Assembly (NCBI GenBank): GCA_964035545.1
Contig: OZ037772.1
Span: 3,563,538-3,627,537, forward strand
Direction: 5' to 3'
Length of the DNA: 64,000 bases
DNA from: Bugula neritina
Lineage: Eukaryota > Animalia > Bryozoa
Below, in pieces: positions 28,630 to 42,525 of the stretch. The stretch's first letter is position 1. Each line of letters starts with the position of its first letter. A program made the position numbers and the translations under genes. The notes beneath the pieces were generated by a model. That model saw only the letters and a program-made list of their open reading frames with translations, was not told where the DNA came from and did no database searches.

Positions 28630-29477
28630 GCAAAATGAGGTTCGGAAGTTTGAATTGGAAGCAAAACCAGCAGGAAGTTTAAGCAGCAATGCAAGCTCAT
28701 TTCTATAAACTATACACACTGCATACATATAGTGGATATATTTCCTGTGTTCCAGTACAATCATCACATCATCACTCTTCATTATAGCTGCATCAATCCT
28801 TTCAAAGCTGAACTCAAGTTGTGACCTTGACATAATTCTATGTCACAACTATCCTCACACTCAATAAGTTATTAGAAAAAGAACCTGTTCCAGAGATATC
28901 TTTCAAAAAGCATTTCTGCAAATATATTTGAACTTTTACCATTATTTGACAGTATTTCCCTGAGCTACCACCATAAGAGAGTTACATGAGAGTGTCATTG
29001 AGCTGGTTTACAATAAAGGATGATTTGATGAATTCTGTGTTTCCACAAGCAAACTCTACCCACACATTGCTGACAATACACTAACAGTTTTAGTGCCATT
29101 CAGCACCACGTTTTTATATAAGATAGGATTCCTTCAATTAATATGCTAATGGTTAGGAATCAGCAAATAAACTGCCTTGACCTGCAAAGTGACCTACAAT
29201 GTACAGCTTGTCAAAACCCAAGTCAAACTTAAGCAAGCTGCAGCACAAATTCACCAGCTGCAGCCATAGTATTAATAATTGAACTGCTCTGTGCTTTTTA
29301 CATGCATAATATAATAATCATAATCTTATATTATAATCAAATATACTAGAACAAATATAGACTTCTATTGTATATTATGCCTATCATTCATAAATTGCAC
29401 TTTTAGAAAGAGGGGAACTTAATAGTAAACAGTTATGGAAGGGGAGATGGTGGTATGAAAAAGGTTTGGAACCACTG
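28630..29477 (-). mobile_element. Highly degraded hAT (Charlie-like) transposon remnant
   Basis: The terminus reads CAGTGGTTCCAAACC on the minus strand at 29477. Decayed peptide traces (FDKLYIV.TLQVKAV; ELALLLKLPAGFASNSNFRTSF) resemble the LNxxLQG and hATC dimerisation motifs. Confidence 0.45.
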
Positions 29478-29685
29478 AGCTAGAGGAACCACCATACCTC
29501 TACCATAGCATCACATCCCTCTGCCATCTTGATTGCAGCCTGCCAGTTAAGAAAATTCAGGATTAATCAGATGTTCAGTGATGTCGCTGAATATGATAGT
29601 ACTAAACAGCTCAACTTAAATATTATAATAAAAATATTTTACATAATGAAAGTACAAACAAAAAGATGCAAGTGCTAGCTGACAC

Positions 29686-29981
29686 TGAAGTAGACTAATA
29701 AGAGACAAATCTCTTGTAAAGATTTTGCTACTAAAAAGGACATAGATGTTATCGGTATTTTTGTAATTTGAAATTATACAGGACCGGAATTAGATATTCT
29801 AAAATAGCTCAATTGAAAAACATGCACACCTGATGAAGTAGACTAATAAGAGACAAATCTCTTGTAAAGATTTTGCTACTAAAAAGGACATAGATGTTAT
29901 CGGTATTTTTGTATATTGAAATTATACAGGACCGGAATTAGATATTCTAAAATATCTCAATTGAAAAACATGCACACCTGA
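29686..29981. repeat. Tandem duplication of a 148-bp unit
   Basis: 29686-29833 and 29834-29981 are nearly identical. Confidence 0.9.
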
Positions 29982-30029
29982 TGCCCTGGATAATTTTTCA
30001 GATTTCAACCTTAGAGTTGTCTCTCTTCG

Positions 30030-30246
30030 ACGCTAAAATATAGCGCTCGGCTCACTGAACGCAACATTTCTTTCACGTGATTATTATAGAGCCGACCTTT
30101 GTACTTGAGTGACGTGTAATAATCCTTCTGCGCGTGGAACTTCCTCGTTACTTTAGTTTTATTCATATTGATATTGTGCCTTTTCTCAGTTACTAGCTAC
30201 CAAGTTTCTTACCAGTTTACAGACTGACACTATTGACTCTCGTGAG
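30030..30246 (+). promoter_or_regulatory. Probable promoter and non-coding first exon of the RING/TRIM gene
   Basis: Local CpG enrichment, a TCACGTGA E-box, a GTGACGT CRE-like site and a GGAACTTCC kB/ETS-like site. A donor GAG|GTGAGA follows at 30246 and could splice to the acceptor at ~32874. Confidence 0.45.
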
Positions 30247-31622
30247 GTGAGAACAGTTTGAGTCATCTCATTATTTCTCAAATTAATCAGGTACCCGTAC
30301 TTTAATACTTGCAGTTAGATTTACTATTTTAGTATTTATTATTACTATTAGTATTTAGTATTTTACTATTTTAATTCTAGGTTTACTTTTACTTTTAGTT
30401 TTAGTTTTACTTTTAGCCTTTAGGCTTTAGGTTTAAGTCTAGGCTTATAACTTATTTAATATCAATATAAGATTAAGCTTAAGACTAAGTTAATTGTTAT
30501 ATTTAAATTATAAGTTATATAAAATTAAATTAAAATTCTTACAGTTATGAGTTAATGTTATAATGTTAATTAAATATAATTGTTTCTCTTTGAGTCTTTG
30601 ATTTGAAATTTACAATAGACATAGTAATACCATAGCCCATAGGCATATGATCAATAATTAATTAATTATAATGATTTATCGAAAAATATAAATATGAATA
30701 TCGTATTAATGATATCAAATTTATTATTATTATAAGAAATTTAATCGACTTCAAGTTTAAATTCAAGTTTTAATACTGAAAAATTGATCTACTAGTAGTA
30801 ATACTAGTACTACTACTAGTACTACTACGTCTACAGTGGTAGTACGTAGTAGTAGCCTACGATTACAGATTACTATTACGTACTATAAGTATTAGTCTAT
30901 AAGTAATACATGTACTATTAGATTACTCTTAGTATTGCTATTCGATTTACTGTTGGTATAACTATATAAGAATTGAGACTAAGTATTTCAGTTTCGCACT
31001 ATTTTATTTATATATATATTTGTATTAACTTTAAGTATTACTATTAGTAATCACAATTAGTATTGATATTGCATCACCTATTAGGATTACTGCTGTTAGT
31101 ATTAGTATTAGTATTGTTGTATGAGTAATTACTAATTAGTATTAGTAATTTTTACTCATTGCATTACATTTACTATAAGTATAAATATAAAGTGTAAGTT
31201 ACTATTATTGCTCTACTATAACTATCAGTATTAGATTTAGTGTTGCAGTTGGTTTTACTGCCAGGTCCCCTACCATCATTAAATTTATTTATAATGATAA
31301 TCTTGGTGATTATCACCCAATATTGACTCATATGACTAGGTTAGCCACATATATATGATCTACTATTGTTGTAAACATAAAAATATGAGGTTAGTGTTAA
31401 TAAATCATTTGCTAGGTAAGAGTGTAGAATAAATAATTGGCTAGAGATGAGTGTAGAAGCTGCCAACTCATGAAACAACTACACCTGACCTAACAGAAGC
31501 ACAAACATGTTAAATTAGTGTGTTTCACACCACCATAGTTTCTATTAGATGATTAGAATAGTAAACTAGCAGTTGATGGCTTTTTCCCTGGCTGGTGGAA
31601 GAGTGAATCTAAGTAACATATT

Positions 31623-32217
31623 AATATCTTGGTGTGTTAGTGGATCAGAATTTGAGATTTCATGAACATGTACAATCAGTAGTTACAACAGTATCAAGAA
31701 GAATGTATATTGTGAAGAATTTTGCATATCTTAGCTCTAAACCTCTAGCAAATATGTTATTCAAAAGTTTCATCTTGTCCCGCATCGCCTATTGTCTACC
31801 TACTATTTTTACTTGTATCTATGCCAGTGATAAAAAAGCCATTCAAAGGATTTTCAAAGTTTGCTCAAAACTTGGGATTGAGTATCTAAACATTGATTTG
31901 CACATTCAGAAACTCACTAAAGAACTTGCTATCAAATATATAGCAGACAATGACCATTTTATCAATAACTTTCTGAGTCAATGCCCTTCTGGAAGATATC
32001 GAACTATCAAATATAGAGGGGCATGGGGCAGAGATAGCTTCTTGCGACATCTTGTAAATACTTTAAACAAGCTTTTATTTTAAATAGTCTAACAGAGTTT
32101 TGACTTTTTCTCTTAATTTTGTTCATTCCTACTTATGTTATAATCAGCATTTACACTGAATTTTGCAACGTGTTGTCATGTTTGTGATATGTAATAAATC
32201 AATCAATCAATCAAATC
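31623..32217 (+). mobile_element. 5'-truncated non-LTR retrotransposon (CR1/L2 group), RT C-terminus and 3' tail
   Basis: YLGVLVDQNLRFHEHV...SRRMYIVK...LFKSFILSRIAYC is the typical post-RT thumb region. The element ends in AATAAA followed by (TCAA)n. Confidence 0.85.
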
Positions 32218-32897
32218 ATGCATCACCAACACTGCAGAAATGTTAAAATGAATTTTGTCATTTAGATTATGGAGAAAACAAAGTATTTTCAACACCCAGC
32301 ACAAAATATTTCATGAAACTATGTTTTCTCCCACTGCTATGTTTCCCCCTATTTTGTGTCTTAGCGTGAGCCCACGCAATGTATCTAGCCCAAAAATGGG
32401 CAGGTAACATTGTAAAACTGGCTGATATTTTTGAATGAGGGGATAAGCAGCTGAGCCCAATTGTGCTGTTTGTTCATAAAAGTAATACATAACTCACTGG
32501 CATTCGTGTTTCACTTCTCCTCTATATATTGGAAACACTTGAATAGTGGTGTTCAATAGAAGTAGAATAATAGTGTTCACTGAAGCACACAACATTGCTT
32601 CATATTTATTGTTTATGGAGTTTGAGTCACCAGCAAAAACCTATTCAGTGATTACAATGGAAACAATACAGCCTTTGTTAGAGAGTTAAAGCTGTGAGCT
32701 CAGCATGTTGTAGCTGACTATCATGTATACCAGTGTTATTAACTGCCTTTGTGTGACATTATTTTTCACGTCTTTGTTTTGTATGGTTTATTGTTAATGG
32801 TTAAGTCTTTGATTTGGAAACCTTCACATATGCAGTGTGAAATATTATGCTAAGAGTATGTGTATCTTTTACAGGATTTCCTTATCATATAACCAAG

Positions 32898-33079
32898 ATG
32901 GCAGAATCCAGAGTTGTGAAAAAAAGACTAAACAATTCGTATCGCTGTGGGTACTGCTCGCAGTACTTCAACAAACTTGAAGACCCCAGAACTCTGCCCT
33001 GTCTGCATGTGTACTGCATGAGATGTTTGAAGACTGACATCGGTGGTAGGAAGGATCATATCAGATGTGCTTATTGTAG
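32898..33079 (+). CDS. First coding exon (C3HC4 RING finger) of a TRIM-type E3 ligase; no downstream exons recognised in the window
   Basis: MAESRVVKKRLNNSYRCGYC...DPRTLPCLHVYCMRCL...IRCAYCR, with an acceptor at ~32874 and a strong donor AG|GTGAGT at 33080. Confidence 0.85.
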
Positions 33080-34507
33080 GTGAGTCACAGTACATAACAC
33101 GATATATCATGTCATAGGCTTGCATATGATTTTCCCACTATCATCTAGGAGTTGTCTGATCTATGTCTATGACAAGCAAACAATACTGTATATTCTATGT
33201 GAACTCTGGTTACTAACTTGTGGAGTGTGTGGATATCTTTTCATTAGGTAGAGAAAGTAACTGTCATGTAGATTGCACCATCAGCTGTCCTCTCTTGTTG
33301 AATTGTGGTACTGTTGGATGTCATGGGATTGGGGTTGTCTCCTCATTATATTATTTTGTTCTCATACAGTACAACCTTTTTCATGCCATTCCCACTTTCA
33401 TAAATGTTTACTATTAATTCTCCCCTTTGAAAAAACGAAATTTCTTATGACTGACATAATGATAATATAGATTACTATGCAATATTTTTCCTATTACATT
33501 TGAATATAATATAGTTATTTCTAATAATTATATTATGCACGTATAAAACACAGAGCAGTTCAATTATTAATATTATGGCTGCAGCTGATGACATTGTGTC
33601 AGCTTGCTTTCAAACCTCCCACCCCAACCCTTAAACCCCAACCCCAATATTGTAATTAAAACACATTCATGTAGAAGTAGACTGAGATGACAGAACTGGT
33701 TAAATAGATAAGCTAAGATGAATGCTTATAGATATACATGTACATGTAACTTGCAAGAGCTCAAAAGTCTTTAACAAACTGCTTGAAATTTTCAAAATCA
33801 AAATCCAGGCTCCCCCTAAAAAGCCCAAATTCCCTCTTATAGGGGGATTCTCCCAGGTTGGGAACCACTGTGTTGAATTGACTTGTGTTTACTATCTTCT
33901 TTCCTGTGATTATAAACATGTATGATGTTGTCATGACAACAGAGTTGCTGTGGCACAAAGTACAGTTTACTAGCATGTAGTGATTGTGTAGTGAGAGTGG
34001 AGTGTCTAGTTATTGTCCATGGTTATGTGTAATCTTTAAGGAGTAGAATTATATTATTTTAATATAATGTTGAGGTACTTTTATAATGGCAGTTTGCTCA
34101 ATAGCTTTAGTTCTAATGCGATAGACTCATAGCTCTGGAGTCTAGCAGCTGCTACTACTACCACTAGCTGTTCAGAATTCGGCCAACATCCGGCTGCCAA
34201 AGCATAATAGCCATTGACATTAAGGCCAAGCAGTCACTGGGAAATTATTTGACTAAAGAGCAGGTCTTATAACAATTAGTAGTCAGTCCCTTAGACAGGA
34301 AACAGTGATTCTGTGACCTATTTAGTTAAATCCAATGCTGAAATTTTAATAGATTATTAGATGGCCATCACAATTGTATTTGGTAGTGAGTTGTACAATA
34401 TATTATTATGGGGTGTCAATCAGTGTCTAATATAGTCTGTGAATTGAATGTCTCCTTTAGCTTTGATGAGTTGATTACTTCTTCTACCATCAGTCAGTTG
34501 TATTTAA

Positions 34508-34952
34508 GTTGCGTTTATACCTCTGCTGAAAAAAGTGCCGAGTTTAAGTTAATAATGCTTGTCCAGGTACCCCTTTATAGTCAAACTGAAACTCGTTGAA
34601 ATCATATTGACGCGGCTGCTCACTTTCTGAAATTGAAATTTGACTAGCATAATAGCTATTTGATGCCCTTTGTAAACGTCGTGAATTAGTGAAGCGGAAA
34701 GCATAGAAGCGATAATTGAGAAGGCGTAGGCTATATAATTATAACCGTATAAGTACGTTGTCTAATCGCCAAAGTAATAACTAAATAACGGTGTTTACAA
34801 GGAGTTATTACTCTTATTCTAAAATTGGCCGATTAAGTTATCGCAGTACAAAAATTTCAACGAGTGGCTTTTACAATGCAATGCAACTCAGAGAAATTTC
34901 AACCCGGCCAAATTGAAATTTTGACCGAAAATCGTGAAGGTATAAACGCAAC
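34508..34952. mobile_element. 445-bp MITE with TTAA flanks
   Basis: 15-bp TIR GTTGCGTTTATACCT / AGGTATAAACGCAAC, with TTAA on both sides. Confidence 0.8.
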
Positions 34953-35104
34953 TTAAGTGTTACTTTGTATTGAGTCATGAATAGTGTTGAGGATTTGGGC
35001 CTATATTATGCCAACCCCCCCCCCCCTTCTGACTTAGACTGAGACCCAACCTGCTGCACATACATAGTAGTACTACACTGAAGATAGTTAACATGTGTAT
35101 ATAT

Positions 35105-35221
<117 letters not shown>

Positions 35222-35246
35222 GAAGTAAAATGAGATTTGATTAATA

Positions 35247-35315
35247 TAATGGCATTTATTACTAGTAGTTTCGTACACAAGAACGATGTGCACTCGTCAG
35301 ATAAATTAGCCACTA
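35247..35315 (-). ncRNA. Type I hammerhead ribozyme within a 142-bp Penelope pLTR-like segment (35215-35356)
   Basis: Exact reverse complement of the hammerhead at 63400-63468. Confidence 0.85.
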
Positions 35316-36404
35316 TGATTGCTTACAACTATAAATAATGTAATATGTAAATATACCAGTGCATCACACGGCTTTTACGACTGTCAGGGTCGATCCTCAT
35401 TTTGCCATTTCGCGATATTAGCCGCAATAAACAATATATTTTCGTGCAATAACATCGACTGTCTAGGGCGCTACTGTTGACGAATCAGAACAAAGAGAGC
35501 ACATGAGTGCTGTAAACATGTACGTGTTGTTATGGTTACTAATGATGATCTGCTACGTAATTTTTGTAGTAGACAACTCTCACAGAAATCATTAATTTGT
35601 CTTTTTATTATTTAGCTAACAACTTTTGCCTAGAAAAAAGCAAAGGTAAGGTGGCTCAAGCAATCCTGTATTTTTTTAGAATGTTTTAGCTTAAATTCTG
35701 TTTGGTTTATCCTACTAGAATGTTACCTGCTGCAGCATCAACACTATCATTGCAAAACTATATCTACTTATAACAAAATCTTGATGCACATAGCAAAATT
35801 ATCTACTTTATTGTGGCGGATGTGCAAGAGTTTGGAGTCATCTCATCAATTACACATAGCAACAGAAGAACACAATATAGAAATAACAGAAAGCCAAAGA
35901 CAGTATACCTTTATTTTTAACCAAAAAAGAATTTTGTTAAACATTATATTGTTTAGTTCACCATAAAAAAACTGATTTTACAAGTGGTTACATCTTTTCC
36001 GAAAATAAAGGTGCCATGAAGCAGCCGAAAATGAAGTCGTCCGCTCACCAGACACCTAAAAAATAATTATGCAACATGATATTTTTAAAATTAAACACAG
36101 ATATGCAAAAGTCATCACCTACATAATTTTTTATAAATTTAACAAGCTTGTTTAGTGAAAGTGTATAATACAAACACTAATGTTGATAGCGAAAATGCCA
36201 TGTTCATGCAAGATAGTAAATCAATATAAATAAGGAGTCATATCATATCTATGTTATATATGTATTCAATTCTGGTTTATGCTTTATGCCTTTAACTATG
36301 AGTGCACAACCACTAATCCTATTTCTACCAACACCATCTCTACCACTAACAGTACTAACGTCAGAATCAAAAGCAACTTCACCACTACTACTAATAATGT
36401 TATT

Positions 36405-36780
36405 ATTTTATTATTATTACTTCTACTACTACTACTACTGCTACTACTACTACTGCTACTACTACTACTACTACTACTGCTACTACTACTACTACTACTG
36501 CTGCTACTGCTGCTGCTACTACTTCTACTACTGCTACTACTACTGCTACTGCTGCTGCTACTACTTCTACTACTGCTACTACTACTGCTACTACTACTAC
36601 TGCTACTACTACTTCTACTACTGCTACTACTACTACTACTGCTGCTACTACTGCTACTACTACTACTGCTACTGCTGCTGCTGCTACTACTTCTACTACT
36701 GCTACTACTACCAGTACTGCTGCTACTACTACTTTTACCACTACTGCCGCTACCACCGCCGCCGCCACCACCACTACTAA
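36405..36780. repeat. (CTA/CTG)n trinucleotide microsatellite
   Basis: Direct reading. It is the source of the poly-L, poly-Y and poly-V ORFs. Confidence 0.95.
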
Positions 36781-39700
36781 TATTGTTTCTACTACAAGTA
36801 CTGTAAATCTTACCAGCAGCAAGTTATATTGGAAACTGTTTGCTCATTTTATCATTGTATTAGTGCAATAACAAAATGTTTATATTTTAATATAGTCAAA
36901 CCTTTTAAAAAACTAGGCTGCTACTTATGAACTAAGAAGTTGTGCTACCCACCTTGATATGCACTCAGCTCCAACACCAAGCAGGTGGTTATGATGCTTC
37001 TCCACAATGGCCAGGCCATCCAGCTGTCCGATTGTATGCATCTACGTAAAAATTATTGGCATATGGTGCAAGAAATGATTAAAAACCAGATAGGTGTGCT
37101 AGAATTTATACAGCATAATATAGAGTAAGGTAAAAGAGAACAGACCGTCAAGTGGTACAGCATAGAAACAATTACTAGCTATTATATGCTTTATAGAAGT
37201 TGGCAAATTGTAGCCCACTAGATATGAACTTTGGTTAGCATTTTATTTTGGCTTTCAGCAACTGCTTTAATCAATAATCTTGGCAAAACCAATATGTTTA
37301 CAAATTAACACCTCCACTAGATAGGTATACAGGTCAAAATATTCCAATTGGTGACATACTAAAAGAAAATGTATATTTATTCATCTTTGAAAGATTGCTA
37401 ATAATTTATAAAACAGCGTCGAAATCAGTAAAGTAACAGCGCAAATAAGTTTATTTAACATCATTATAGGATTGCCTATTACTAGTTTCATGATTTCTAT
37501 TATTTTACTGGTTTTAAACATAATATAGGCTGAAAAAGCAATATTAGTTCTCTCACTTTTGCTAACTACATTGCTTGGAAGGCCATCATAATTAGATCAG
37601 ATCAAACAAATGTGTTGACAGGTAGACTGGAACAGGCCTAAAATTTGCAAGGTATAATTTAAATGTATCTGGCCTGAAATTGCTGAAACTGACAATACAA
37701 TAATATGAGAAACGAGCAGGGTTTTTTATTAAAGCTAGCAAAAATAATTCCTCTACATATAATTAACATACAGTTCATACATATAATATATTACTATGTC
37801 CAGGCAGCAGTGCTTGTTCTAGCCAAAAAAAAAACTGATTTAATGGCTGATTTTAATGGCCATCAAGAAATTTATGGCGCACAGTGGCATTGTCATATTT
37901 TTAATATTCAAAATTACAGTTCTAATCTATCAATCATTTTATCAATACTACTACACTATGATCTACTCCTGCTGCTACTGCTGCTGGTTCTACCACTGCT
38001 ACCATACTGCTGAGTAATGCAAGCTAAGTAATTTAAATTACAATTAAAAAAATTATTGGACTTTCTTTTCTATTACCTGTCCAGTTTAGCATTTCTTTCA
38101 TCATAGCTTGCCATAGTAACTTGAAAATTCACAGGGTTTGAGTTAGACCTATAGAATATACTTACAAGTAGAATGAACCCACAGTTCTGCAATATATCAT
38201 GAAAACATTCAAAATAAAACTATAGGAAAACCAAGTAAATGCTTCTAAGTATTAGCGAAAGTAAAGATGCTATGCAATCTATCCAACATGCAGCCAAATG
38301 TCTCAAAATAAGCATCATGCAGAGTTATAAATATAAAATGTTTCCGAATCAAGGCTAGCAACACATTGTTGTTGTGATAGCAAATTTTGCTTAATAAAGT
38401 AAGGAAACCAGCTTCCCTTGCATGACTCAATTTCTATTAAAGAAAAATTATACTCTCATATAATCGCGAATAATTCAATGCATGTATTTTAATTCAATTT
38501 CATAGTTATTTTTCAGTTTCTAGACATGCTGACTATTGAACCATATAGGCTACTTTAAACTAGTAAAAATACTGAGAGCAATATTAACAAAAAAAATGTT
38601 CACAAAATGTAAAAATACAACTAAAAAATTTTGCGACACCCATTTTAGTCAAAACCCCCCTTATGACTAAAATATGTGTCACGGACCGCGACACCAGGTG
38701 GCCACCCATTTTAGTCACACCCAGTTTTATTTAATAGTAAATCAATTTACTTATATAAAAATTATTACATTCACAGTGATACATTGATGGTCATAATATT
38801 TTATATATCAATATCATCATTATGATACAATTATCACTATTACTATTAGTGTTACTATATGATAACTTATCAATAAAACTTCATAAAGTTCATGAAAAAC
38901 ATTAAATATAACAATTTAATTAAAACTAAATCAATGCCAAAGGGCAAGGTAGAGTCAAAATTAAATAAGCTATAGGGTGTAGGCTATAAGTGTAAGTATA
39001 ATCATCACTATAAAACTAAGTGACTGATGAGTTGGTACTTGGTAGCATAAACATAAAATGAGCATCATCTCATCTCATCTCATCTAATTAATCTCACTCG
39101 GAGCGCTTTGGCTCCTTTATCGAGATGCAGTGGTGTATGAACAATTGTTTAAATTATCAGTAGTAAGGAAGAAAACCATTTTGTCTACGAGATAAGAATA
39201 TAGTTAATTATGCTTTGATTCAAAGCTCAATAGCTAGCTACTGCCAGGAGAGAAAAAAAAGAAAAAAATAAACAAACATAAACTAAAACACCATTACATA
39301 TATGATTTATGACCCTTTGGTTTCTATTTCTGATTTTAGCTTTACCTTGTCTTTTGGCATTGGTTATAGTATTAGTTTGAGTTACAACACTATCAGTTAC
39401 TATGACTATGAGTATGAGTGAGTAGCCTTGCCCGTAGAACTAGGAATAGGAGTAAATCACTAGAAGTAGAAGTGTGGGCATCGGGGTATGACTATGAGTA
39501 TAACTCATAGCCATAGTATGAGTATCTTACTGAAAGTGATACTCATAAACCTCAAGTGATAATCATAATGATACTTAGCATGACATGTAAGGTGTATAAT
39601 ACTCAGTCTCAGTTAATGAGTTATACAGAGTAGAATATCAAACTTTAAGTTTAACTGCTACTTTGAAGTAGGACTTAGACATCACCATTTATGGGTATGT

Positions 39701-42525
39701 CATGCCGTCATAGACTATAGACATAGTATAAGGTTCTAATACTATAAGTATAACTATTACTATTAGTATTACTATTAGTGTATTACTATTATAACTTATA
39801 AGTATAAGAATAACTATAAGTCAGCTATACTGATTACGCAGATTTGTGATTACTAATTTAAAATCACTCTAATCAGTAACTGTTATCACTATTAGTGAAT
39901 TATTCATCATTTTATGATTTTATCATGGTCACAGTGAAACTGATTGAGTAATACTTAGAGTTATAGCTATATTGGTAGTGATACTGCTACTGATAGACTT
40001 AGAGTTAGAGTGTGAGTCAGAGTGAGAGTCACTGAGCTGGAATATTATTGAGTTCGATGGTGAGAGTGATATTGTGGTGGCTCGTGGAGCTACCAGCAGC
40101 ACAATACGCAGGGTCGCGTAATTGACCCGGAACAATGACAGCCAATTAGCAACTTTAGTAGTTAGTAGCAGTAGTAAATTTCCCGCTGTTAGTCAGTCGA
40201 AGTTAGAGTGTTGAGTAGTCTACATGTGTGGAATTATTAAATGTATTTGTATCGTTTTTGTAATGTGTTCTTGTACTTAAAATATATAGTCGTTCACTCG
40301 ACTTATCCTGGTGAAGTTCTCTAGCAAGTAATTAGACTCTCTGGATTGCATATCAACCCTAATTCTGAAAATCATAACAATATTCATATTAATTATAAAT
40401 ATGGTTGTAACTAAGAGTATGAGCAAATGTGACATTATAAGTATTACCATTACTATTAGTGCATTCGTATCAGTATTACTATTAGTATTAGTACTACTAA
40501 TTATTAATCTATTTTCCAATAATAACCATGCATATGCCCTAGCTTATAAGTTTGAGTACGCCTATGGTATTCCAAATTGAAATTGGATCATTATGATTAA
40601 TTTAAATTTAACCAAACATATTTAGTTTGTTTACTGTCGTTCCATACACAAGTCGTTTCGTACACAAAATGAATAATTGATTAATCCACTAGATGACTAC
40701 TTCAATGGTACTAATTTACTTATTTATTGCTTTCCAGTATATATATTGAACACCTCCCATGTCTCTTATTGATCGATGTTTTATATTATTTTTTAATGTA
40801 TTATCTATTACTATTTTGATAAATGAGGTAATATATTTTTTTATTGAACACTTTTTGGTTTTATTTTGATCAGTGCCTCAGTGGTTTAAATTGTAATGTG
40901 CAAGTTGCTTGTGAGCAGTACTGTTTGGCTCATAGTCTCATACATCAAATAATGAATATGTATTTCAGTCAATTCATATTAATGTGTGTACGAAATGACC
41001 TGCACCTATTTATTTATATTAAATATTCTTATTTGATATTGTAGTTTCTTTTACAAACACAGAATTAGATAGCTTTTTAGTACTTGTAGTTTTGCTACTA
41101 CAACTATTGTCATTATTATAGTTGTAGTAGCAAAATTATTATTATTACTGTATTATTAATATTACTAAATATTATTGTTTTTAAATTTGTACTACTTTTA
41201 CTTACTCAGTTACTGAGTGAGTCAGCAACTATAATAATAACCCTTAAAGTATTATTTTCATTACTTAGATTTATACATATACAGCTAAAATGTGAAGCTG
41301 TACAGTATGATTAAGAATTGTTAGTATAGTAAATAAGTAATTCATTGTAGTCATATTCATACTTCAATGTGATACTAATGCTGATGGTACTATTTTTTCT
41401 AATACAATAAATATATGTAAATAAGTATAATCATTTACTATAGCCAAGACATCAAAGACTCACATTTTTAATAATGATGAATTGATTTAGATCATAATTA
41501 AGATCATCATGGTTTTAATTATTTTCATTACCATCATTATTTACATTGGTAATAATATTGCAATCTTCATTACTAGTTACGTCAATTATAATAACTGCAA
41601 AGTACACTTTTGATTGAGAACTGTGAAAATCATTAGTGATAACAAACTACCACTGTAAGTCTGTAAGTGCTTTAGTACTAGATGTACCACAAGTATCAAT
41701 GCTTTAGGTTTTTATGGTGTTAAATACTCATTTTCTTACAGTGATTGTTATTTTATTGGTACGTGTTCTGTTACTTGTGAGTATTAGTTACAATTCCAAA
41801 TGAATAAGCTATTTTAAGTAAATACTCTTATACGTGTGAATATTGATATGAATTATATGTTTCACATTTACAGTTACAGTTTTATTAGTATGATATACAT
41901 TTTATTAATAATAATGATCATAAAACATCATCATTAAAAGTGTAAAGTTTTACTGCACTTTTTGGGACCAGTTGCTGCTTCTGGTAACATAGGTATAAAG
42001 TTTTTTGCTCATTTACCCTAACACACTAAGGTTTGAGTTTTATCTTTATTGCAACATCCAAAAACCTTTGCCGACCTTTTTCTTACAATCAACTATGAAA
42101 CGTTGTGCGTCTATGCTTAGCTGATAAATAACTAATAATATTTGCTTGTTATATGGGGAAGAATTTTTTGCATAGTAATACCTCTCGTGTTTGTATTTTG
42201 ATTTTTCTAATGTCAATATATTTAAGAAATATTCTGGAAAGCATTTTTTGCCAGTTTGTTTCTTCTCTTTATTTCTTGTTCATTTTAACCATGCAATATC
42301 AGTTATTAACTCTATAAGATACACTGTTTTAATTATTCGTTGCACTGGTGTAGCATCTAGGATCGTGTTGATTTTAAGTGGGGTGCAGACTTTTTGAAAA
42401 TTATGGCTTTTGTTTTAAAACCTTTCTTATCCATACCACAAAGTTTTTTTGCTTGTTTACCGCAATGAGTCTGTACACAACTACTAACTATAACTAAAAG
42501 ATATCTGTTTGAAATATTATAGAAT

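Noticed and set aside
27058-28638. Long ORFs of 405-526 aa
   Set aside because: They are translations of a stop-free 17-bp minisatellite in three frames.
36279-36822. Poly-Leu, poly-Tyr and poly-Val ORFs
   Set aside because: They are translations of a trinucleotide microsatellite.
40655-40667. 13-bp match (GTTTCGTACACAA) to the hammerhead repeat
   Set aside because: It is too short and lacks the CUGANGA half of the core, so it may be chance.
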